Part shown: in pieces, positions 55,137 through 64,000 of the stretch | How the letters are laid out: each line of letters opens with the position of its first letter | Numbering within the stretch: the first letter of the stretch is position 1 | Assembly: GCA_964016885.1 (NCBI GenBank) | Contig: OZ024743.1 | Coordinates: 320,602,001 to 320,666,000, forward strand | DNA: 64,000 nucleotides | Direction: 5' to 3' | Source: Eledone cirrhosa | Lineage: Eukaryota | Notes under the pieces: generated by a model | The model's input: the letters and a program-made list of their open reading frames with translations, nothing else | The model's database searches: none | What the model was told of the DNA's origin: nothing | Program-made: the position numbers and the translations under genes

Positions 55137-55694
55137 GTATGTGCATTCATGCGTTTATAATTAGCAATCTGCGTTAATATATCTATGAGCAATTTTTTTT
55201 ATTAGTTCAATGTAAAACGAATCAGTCAATATAATATGCATTCCTGTTGCGTATAATATTTAGCCTAAAATAATTATTGTAAAGTATTGCTGCAATATTC
55301 CTATACAAGCCTATTCACATGTGCTTTCTTATTAAAGTAATTTGATTATGTTTTTCTTTTTCCATAAATCGCGAACCTTTGAAAGTATATTATAAAGTTT
55401 ATAATTGATATATTGACTTATTATTAGCAGCTTGTCTCAATATGTTGGCATGCATACTACACCTACAGTCTGTTTACTTTATAAAGATCATTACATCTAT
55501 ATGATAATGTGAATTTCTTTTCTTTGCATACAAATATATCCGTATGACTATCACTTTGATTCTATATTTCTATATTTCTGATATGACTGCGTGTGGTTTT
55601 AAACTATTTCGTTCAGACTTTATGAGACTTATTATGGCAGTAAACTATTGCATCATATAAAAAGGCTTGATAACGTGGGTTGCGTATTACTTAC

Positions 55695-55888
55695 TTTCAT
55701 GTAAATACCCTTGTAAGTACAACCACAAGCGTCTTTAGAAATACATTCAGTTCCACTAAGAATAAATTCCTTCTTGCACACACAGGCTTCTGTAAATTTT
55801 GTAATACGGGGTACAACCTTATTCGTGCATGTTGGTTGATGTATAGAAGTGGAGAATTTATATTCCATGTTTTGAAGACACTTCAACT
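55695..55888 (-). CDS. Exon: TIL domain (ELKCLQNMEYKFSTSIHQPTCTNK...CVCKKEFILSGTECISKDACGCTYKGIYMK)
   Basis: Acceptor ttttgcag, donor gtaagt; 194 nt, phase 1 to 0. Confidence 0.9.
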
Positions 55889-56284
55889 CTGCAAAATTAA
55901 AAATACATACACGTTGTTGCGTTTCCCTAGTGATATACAACATAAAATTGGAGTGGGTGACATGCGTATTAGCATTTAATTTTACGAATATCATCGATAA
56001 TTTCAACTAAATACTCACTCTTATGATCAAGGGAATAGTTAATTTAGTTAATAATTATCCCGTGTATTTTTATTCTGAATGAATTAGTCACTCATAAAAA
56101 TCTCAGGGCAATCACTTCGATTTTAATATATACATTAATATATCTATAATAATGTTTAAATGAGTTTAATACGTGTAGCGTAGAAGTATATATTTAGAGT
56201 ACCTTTTAATAACATGCATTTACATAATCCCCTGAATATACATTACGTTCAGATTTGACAGCTTTGTATTATTTTCTTTACTCA

Positions 56285-56478
56285 GGTGGTGGATTGGCAG
56301 TATCGGTAGAGGGTCGGACGCCATGCTTTACAGCAAAGAGTTACGGCCCTTTATGGTCTGAGTTCAAATCCCTCCGAGGTGAACTTTGCCTTTCTTCATT
56401 ACGGGGTCGATAAAATAAAGCACCGGTAATACACTCGGATAATTGCTGGCCTTGTGCCAAAAGTAGAAACAATTATTT
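56285..56478 (+). mobile_element. tRNA-derived SINE of the octopus type
   Basis: A-box-like TGGCAGTATCGG, B-box GAGTTCAAATCC, ggggtcgataaaataaag core; same family as 59181-59368 and the partial copy at ~15150-15260. Confidence 0.8.
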
Positions 56479-56707
56479 TTTGTACTCATATATTACGTCT
56501 GATATTACCTGTTCGAACAATCTAATAATAACATCTTTTGTAATTAGGTTTCACGTAATGATCTTTTTATTGTAATAGGTAATTATTTTATTTGGCCAAT
56601 TCAATCAATATCTTTGCTGCTCTAGATATGTGTTACCATTGCAGCCCAGCTATCTATTAATTGTAACAATTTAGCTACATTTATTAAGAAATCAATAGTC
56701 AACTTAC

Positions 56708-56979
56708 CACATTTAAGTGGTGTCCTCCAGTTAACTAAACCACCAAAGACTTCACATCGACGTGCAAATGCTTCAAGTGAACGACATGTAGCATCAGCCT
56801 TCAAGACAGAGACATTGCTATATGCACACACATCTATTTTGCAGTTTTCGTAATACGTTTGTGCTTCCAAAAGTATCTTATTCACACAGTTCTTGAAGAT
56901 ACCTTTCTTGTTGATAATTTCGTCACAAGCCTTTGTCACATGAGGTTTACATGTATCACTTACATCAGTGGTCTTACAC
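56708..56979 (-). CDS. Exon: C8 domain (CKTTDVSDTCKPHVTKAC...YYENCKIDVCAY...CRSLEAFARRCEVFGGLVNWRTPLKC)
   Basis: Acceptor tttacag, donor gtaagt; 272 nt, phase 2 to 1. Confidence 0.92.
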
Positions 56980-58045
56980 CTGTAAAAACAAAATATGGTA
57001 AAAATCGTACGACATATTATATTATACAAGTTCAAATATTAATACATCTGAGAAACTAAGCTTAGTTATAGGAATGTTGTTGGAAACTAAGTATTGTAAC
57101 TATAACGGCAAACCTAAAAAATATATATTGACTTCATATTTCAGTAGACATTTTCATTCGTTGAAGAGTAAATCTTGTTTTAGATTCAAAATAATTATAC
57201 CTCTTTGAACTGTAACGATTTGTTTCGATTCTCAGTCTAAGAAGATTCTTATATTTACTACGCAAATGCCATTGTACAAGTAATGAATATTATACACCTC
57301 TAATATCTTTATATGCATTCTTTAGTATTAAAAGCAGTACTACTTGTGTTGCAGAACTAGAACCCGGTATTACTTATTAAATTGATTCTTGTAAAAGAAT
57401 ATTTAGTTTTTGACGAACATATCGATAAATAATTTAGTAAGGAACGTCCATAACTAATCCGTCAACTTGTTCAGAACCATCACCTAGCCGATGAGTAGAT
57501 TTAGCGGAGTCTGCTACATAGCAAGCCAATGGATTAGGTCTCCAATTTCGCAACACCTTACCCACCTCAATCGTCCTACCAGTGTCGCAGGCCATTGAAG
57601 GGTCCATGAACGCTGGCCATCTTTCCTTGGCTAAGTAGTAAAAACTTTAAATATGTACTGTAATCTCCAAATTTCTAAATTAATATATACATGAGAGTCT
57701 TTTCTATAACTTCCATTTGAAATGTTCATTTCCATTTCTAAGAAATAAAAATAGTGTCTCCAAAAGATACAATATAAAGAAATATATCCACATATGTTTG
57801 GACGTTATAACTAATTGCGTCCGACAATATAATGGAAGATTTGGATACAAATGATGAACATTTAATTAATCTAGGTACCTATTTTAATCTGTAATGGTAA
57901 TAGTGTTATATTAAAGATTTTCTCTGAAGAATTAACAATCTACTCATACAATTTAACAGATAAACATGAGATTAAACGTTATCGAGCGTAGTTAGTTGAA
58001 AACATTACACTCATCTACAATACATAAAATTGTAATAGGTCTTAC

Positions 58046-58353
58046 TGTTTCTGGGGTTTGTCACTATCATCAGGAACTTCATAGCTTTCACCAATGCGAG
58101 AATATTTGTTGCGATCTTTAGATACATCAACTCCAGCCTTTGTACGCCAGTCGTCTTTATTTCCATTGCAGTCACCACATATTCCAGTAAGTTGATTTCT
58201 GTACATACCGGGAACATTGACAATCACACGATGGTTACCATCAAACTTCACTATAACACCGAATGCTGTTCTGGCTACAACCCATCCAGCAGCATAACGC
58301 ACTGTGAATCCCAAAACATTCTGCAGTGGCATTTCATAGAACTTGCCGTTAAT
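58046..58353 (-). CDS. Exon: VWD domain, C-terminal half (INGKFYEMPLQNVLGF...TGICGDCNGNKDDW...)
   Basis: Acceptor ttcacag, donor gtaaga; 308 nt, phase 0 to 2. Confidence 0.92.
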
Positions 58354-58681
58354 CTGTGAAGTAAATTGAAAATTTAGCCATGCGAGTACAGTAAATGCGA
58401 TATTTGACTATTCCGTGATTAGCACCATATTGTGAGTTGCCACATCGAGACAAGCTCCACAGTCACAGAAGTGCCACAAGCCAAATTGTCCAAGATGGAC
58501 GCAAGGTAATGAAACAGTCTTTGCATGCTATCGTACTCTTTCTTTGCATTCAAGACATCTGGGATTGTGGCGGACAGTGGCAGTGTGTAGATAATATCTA
58601 TACTCTATGTTCCGTAATGTAAGATGTATTAAGTTGAGTAATAGTTTTACTAATCTCAATTACACACACATGCATACACTT

Positions 58682-58863
<182 letters not shown>

Positions 58864-59180
58864 ATGTGTGTGTGGGCGTGCGTGTGTGTGAAACGTTAAT
58901 TAGGGAAAATGACAGAGAGTAACGTTGCAATGCCAAAATGATGTATCATTTTAATGCTTGATATATTTTGAAAATAGTCTTAGCGTTTAGGAAGCTTAAC
59001 TTTCATAGTAAGATTGAATGAAAGAAGAAAAGAAAGGAGACAGTGGAAGAAAAAGATAGAAAAAGGCTAACTCCTTAACAAGTAAGTAGAGACACTAAAA
59101 AAATTCCACTGAATTTCAACCACCTTAATATTAGTTTATATACTTTCGTAATATCTTTTCTTTTTACACTTTCACATAAT

Positions 59181-59368
59181 TGTTTCTACTTTTGGCACAA
59201 GGCCAGCAATTATATCAGTGCATTACTGGTACTTTATTTTATCGACCCCGTAAGGATGAAAGGCAAAGTTAACCTCGGCGGGATTTGAACTCAGATCATA
59301 AAGGGCCGTAACTATTTGCAGCAAAGCATGGCATCCGACCCTCTACCGATACTGCCAATCCGCCGCCC
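59181..59368 (-). mobile_element. tRNA-derived SINE with ~18-bp target site duplication
   Basis: tttacactttcacataat on both sides (~59163-59180 and 59369-59386); Pol III A and B boxes on -. Confidence 0.88.
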
Positions 59369-59560
59369 TTTACACTTTCACATAATACCGTACATCTATA
59401 CTATTCAATTAAATAGCTTAATAAATATTGACATCTCTATATTACATACCACCATATAATACCATGCATCTGCTATAGTACACACATATTAACAGGAGTA
59501 CACATACTATGCCATTTTAAATTTACATATTTTAGGTAATTCCCTTTGTTATACTACGTT

Positions 59561-59614
<54 letters not shown>

Positions 59615-59619
<5 letters not shown>

Positions 59620-60091
59620 AAGAGTGAATAATAACATGGTCGGCTGTACAAAAAGGGTTTTATTTACAGTATTGACAATTGTATTTAAGGTCGAGTGACG
59701 CAATTTCTAGTGATTAGCGGTCTTTAGACTCACCTGATCAATGAAACAATTGTTAATACTGTCAATAAAACCCTTTTTGTGCAGCCGACAATGTGATTCT
59801 TCACTCTTTCACTATTATTACTCCAAGAATCACCTGCATAGGAATTATCGTAAACTTGCTACCTAACTAAGGAAACTTCTTGTTGAGTCAAACAACGCCG
59901 TACGTTAAAAGAACTACCCAGAGTATGTCCCAAGGCTCTGATACAATCAACATCATAAACACAGAGCTGGCATATTTAAGAACTGACTAACTGCCTGATG
60001 AGGTCATAGCCACTCAATGGCTATCATCGAAATATATATAGCAGTAAATAAAGGATTATGAGTTCATGCAATTGACTTATGTTTCGTCACT
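59615..60091 (+). mobile_element. Penelope-like 3' end/pseudo-LTR remnant between (TA)n tracts
   Basis: Inverted repeat ~59615-59682 vs ~59746-59813; homology to the reverse complement of ~13130-13290; contains a hammerhead. Confidence 0.65.
59990..60045 (+). ncRNA. Type I hammerhead ribozyme with canonical core and minimal stem III
   Basis: actgc-CTGATGA-ggtcatagcca[ctcaa]tggctatcatc-GAAA-tatata-TA-gcagt. Confidence 0.75.
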
Positions 60092-60118
60092 ATATATATA
60101 TATATATATAACGGACGA

Positions 60119-60154
<36 letters not shown>

Positions 60155-60358
60155 GTGTGTGTCCATGTTCGTCCGTTTGAGGTGTATTAGTATGTGTGTG
60201 TGTTTGTGTAAGCGGGGTTGTGGTATATAAGAAACAAATCAGAGAGCATGAGGAAGGTCTTGGAAAAATATGTGCAAGTGTCTTTGTGTTCTCGTGGTGG
60301 ACTTGAATAGTTATTTAGGCAAGAGCAAATGCAATGAAAATATAGAGAAATATCATAC

Positions 60359-60609
60359 GGTGATTTTTCGTTTCGGTAGCAAACGCAGCGTGTTTGAACC
60401 AAGTTTTAGATCGACAAGGCGTGTGTATGCAACTCTCGTATTTCTTCCACGATGTTCATTTTTCACTTCTACGCTAAACGCAGGTAATTTACTCGTTTTA
60501 ACTGCCGCTGTGAGTGTGTATTTGCATGTTCCCATGAAATGAATCATTTGTCCGTCATGTGTTTTGTAATGAGGATCTCCGGATGCTTCACATACGCAAT
60601 TGCGAACAC
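60359..60609 (-). CDS. Exon: VWD domain, N-terminal half (GVRNCVCEASGDPHYKTHDGQMIHFMGTCKY...)
   Basis: Acceptor atttcag, donor gtatga; 251 nt, phase 1 to 0; GDPH motif. Confidence 0.93.
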
Positions 60610-61334
60610 CTGAAATACAATAAACAAAATTAGACTGAACAATCATTTTCAATTATTTATTCTTTATATCGTAAAGTGTTAAATCTACTAAATTAATTAA
60701 ACTTCTCCAAATTATAATTCGTTGGATACATAGATAATATTTGTTTATAAAATCAGAAAATTTGCCTTAATCTATCATTTTTATGCCGAAAATTTCTGAG
60801 AGAATTTCAAATTATGAAACAAAAAAAAGACCCTTAGTTTAATAATTTCCTCCCCTTTTCCTCGATGTGCAGAATAATTTCGACAACGTTGCAGATCCCA
60901 TCCAGTGCAGTATGTATTGTTTACACTTATCCTTCGAATACGGCATCAAACTATACCTTTATACATCAGATGTCATGCTAATGGCTAGTTATGCTTGTGA
61001 GACGTGACAGAATCTCTTTGGAACGCAGACATCTTCCATAGACATTACCTTAGAACCATACTTAGAATTGATTGGCTTCACATCACGAATGAAGAGGCGG
61101 GCTCAAACATGTATAAAATTCCATTACGCAGGGGCGGTGGAAGTTCCTTAACTACGTACTACACATGCAAACGAAGTAATCAGTATATGTTTCTCTCGAG
61201 TTAAAGCCAAAAGACGGAAAGGCAAACGCATCAAACCCTATTTAAAAGCAGTGTAGAAGGGTAATCAGGGACAGAGATCAATAACTAATTTTGTTATTGT
61301 CTCTGATCTCTTTGGTGCTGGATATTCGTGTAAA

Positions 61335-62245
61335 GAGAGAGGGCTGAGCTGTCAACAGATCACCATCTAGTTATCTACAATTTCAAACTAACTATTGCCA
61401 AGGAAGTCCACAAAACTGGCAGGTCCAAGGTGAATTATAGGCTGCATTAGGAAGCATTGATGGATAAGGAAATCAGGACCAGATATGTAGATACTATAGC
61501 ATCCAAATTCAGAAAATTATTTGAGCAAACTGAGGACGTTGAGACGGAGTGGAAATTGTTCAGTGCAGCAGTTTGTTTCATCTGTAAAATAACGCGGGAG
61601 CAAGAGGCCCGGTGTGGAGCCAGATGATAGGAGGACACATTCTTTCACTGAAGAGGTCAAAGATGCTAGCCAAGCAACGAAGAGAGCTTTAGAATGATTA
61701 CTTGTAAATAGGTCCTTGCACTTGCGGTACAAGCATGCACGAATAATCGCTGTAGAGACAGTAAAGGCGTCTAAATTTAAAAACATGGGAGGACTTTGGG
61801 ATTAAGCTGACATACGAAATATAATAAGCAAATAAAGTGTTCTGGTACACCATCCACCAACTTCGTAATAAGAAGCTCTTCCCTCACACCTGCTATCAAG
61901 AACGCGTCTGGGGTCTCCTCTCTTCATGTAGAGCCGCTACTTCTCCGAACTGAGAGATTATAGCTGCGATACTATGGGCATGTGGTTAGAATGTCTCAGG
62001 AAAGAATCGCTGGAGAGATTTTACGGGCAAAACCAACCGGCAGGAGATCCAGGGGTAGATTCCGAACAAGATGGTTGGATAACAGCCATGAGCTTGGCTG
62101 GTCTCGTTTGAGGATCCAGCGGGATCAGTTGGAGACGGTTGCTTCTTACAGGAACCACTGGGAGGTATGTGTGAGGACTCTGCCCCCACGAACCTATCAG
62201 GAATAAGTGGGCAAAGAAAAAAAGGAAGAAAAAGATGAAAATATT
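61335..62245 (+). mobile_element. Internally deleted RTE LINE (linker fragment fused to the 3' end with purine-rich tail); a further inverted fragment at ~62330-62610
   Basis: AKPTGRRSRGRFRTRWLD C-terminal motif; homology to 7595-8095 and to the reverse complement of 6240-6530. Confidence 0.8.
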
Positions 62246-63610
62246 TCAATTGTATCCGGGTTTAGAAGATTAGCAAATTGTGTTCTGAACCCCACATGGA
62301 TGTATCTCTTTGAAGAGAGGAGGACTGAAATCACGTTTCTGATAGCAGGTTTCGAATAGGAATTTGTATTACGAAGTCGGTGGATGGTCTGCCAAAATAA
62401 TTTATCTGCTATCTGACGTCTTCCCTTGTCTTAACTTTGGACGCCATTATTGTCTCTGTTGCGACATTTTGCGCCTGATTTACCGCAAGTGATAAATGGG
62501 GAAACTATTTACAAGTCAATCTTTGTAGGTCTCCTTCTTTAGTCAGATGGCATATTTGACCCCTTTATTGGACCAATGGACCACCCAGTGTCACGCCAAA
62601 CCAATTTCGGCTACAACATTTAACAGCTGAATTAGAAACTACCGAGCTAAACAGTCACTACTCTGTTTCAACGCCATCGCTTTACTCAGTTCTCTGAATT
62701 TGTATGCAATAGTATCCGCATAACTGTTCCTTATTTTCTTATCCGTCAACGCTTCCCACTTAATTCCGTAGACGTCTTAACACTGCCAGATCTGTGGGCT
62801 CTCTTGACATTAGTTAGTCTCAAGTTACAAATAACTAGATGGTGATCAATTAACAATTCAGCCTCTCTTGCTGCATAGATGCACGAGAGAAGTGAATGAT
62901 TACTGAAAAGCAATTTGGCGAAACTGCAGTCTGGACTGTGAATAAAAATAGGTATATTTTTCTCTATTATTTACTCGCATTTTTAGTTTGATAAATAGCT
63001 CTGATTAATTGATTATTTTAACTCTTTCGGTCATTGAGCAAAACTAGTCAACGCCGGAGCCGTATACACATATACTAGTGCATCTTTCTGTGCAACTCAT
63101 TACTATTAGTATATATATGTGTGTGTGTATGTGTGCGCGTGTGTATGCATTTAAAAAATTATATTTTCGTAACGTTGTATGAGAAATATTTCACACGCCA
63201 AAATATAATACAAAATACACTTAGTCAATTTTCAGGAACACTTGTTTCTAGAAGTAAAGCTGTAATGAATCTGAAGGTGCCTGGCCATCAACATCGTTTG
63301 TGCAGTCGAGAAAATATTAAAGGTATGGCATTTAACTAATTACAGGATCGGAAGACCACTTAGTTTGCATATCATCATCATTTATTCATTGATTAATTGA
63401 ATACGTTAAGAGTTCAACGAAGACTATAATTGATTAACCATAATTAAAACCCATGTTAATACTTCAAGGATTATGAGAAGTTCTCTTCTAGTACCCCATA
63501 TCCTTCATACGGCTGTACATCCTAATTTCGGGTTATGCAAAGATATGAAGGGAACATTTATAGATTTTCAAGTAAGTGCTCAAAATATCGATACATAATG
63601 TCGTACATAC

Positions 63611-64000
63611 CTCCACAAGTTTTTTCAACCAATTTCTTTTCGATTGATTTTAGAACATCAAAGTTGTCGACTGAAAATACATATTCACTGCTTGGCGAGC
63701 TACCAATCGTATTTAACTCAGCTTTTCCAATACCTTTGCCGATTCCAATAGCAAAAACTATCGTGTTCTCTTTTCGTAATTTCCTTGCTGCCTCAGCTGT
63801 TAAGGTTGCATTTTTAGATTTTCCATCAGTTATAACGATAGCAATATTCGGGGCATTTTGTCTATCTCCATTGCTTGCCTTAAAAGCACTAGTTCTCAAG
63901 TAATTAAGAACCTTGTGCGTGTAAGTAGATCCTCTCTTGTAAGGTATTCTATCGATAGCTTTTATTATGTCGTTCTTCGTATAATATTTCTTCAGGTAAA
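63611..64000 (-). CDS. Exon: VWA domain (5' part beyond the window end), near-identical to 18821-19387
   Basis: Donor gtatgt at 63605-63610; phase 1 joins the VWD exon at 60609; two visible substitutions in the ORF-track overlap (LNT/LST, SSE/SRE). Confidence 0.92.

Noticed and set aside
56285-56375. tRNA gene
   Set aside because: The A and B boxes belong to a SINE head; no cloverleaf, and it continues into the SINE body
58430-58600. Possible mariner transposase remnant
   Set aside because: Only faint resemblance, with no diagnostic motif or TIRs visible

Overview
AT-rich, microsatellite-dense animal genomic DNA; the SINE family and repeat landscape suggest an octopus or other coleoid cephalopod (inference). 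The whole window is the interior of one large minus-strand, intron-rich gene for a secreted or extracellular multidomain protein of the zonadhesin/FCGBP/alpha-tectorin type. From GT-AG sites and reading phases I reconstructed 24 in-frame exons. In transcript order they encode VWA (partial) - VWD - C8 - TIL - TILa/EGF-like - 11 near-identical EGF exons - VWA - EGF - an 18-nt APPPQP microexon - VWD - C8 - TIL. The gene runs off both window ends. The 11 EGF exons lie in a ~29-kb tandem array of ~3-kb units, nine of which carry the same chimeric RTE/Tx1 LINE fragment, and part of the array has an A-B-A-B higher-order pattern. Dead VWA and EGF pseudoexons sit next to live ones. The introns hold a non-autonomous Helitron, tRNA-type SINEs, LINE fragments and many Penelope-like remnants with inverted repeats. 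They also hold several type I hammerhead ribozyme motifs, including U3:A8 core variants. Most short ORFs in the provided track are microsatellite or antisense artefacts.
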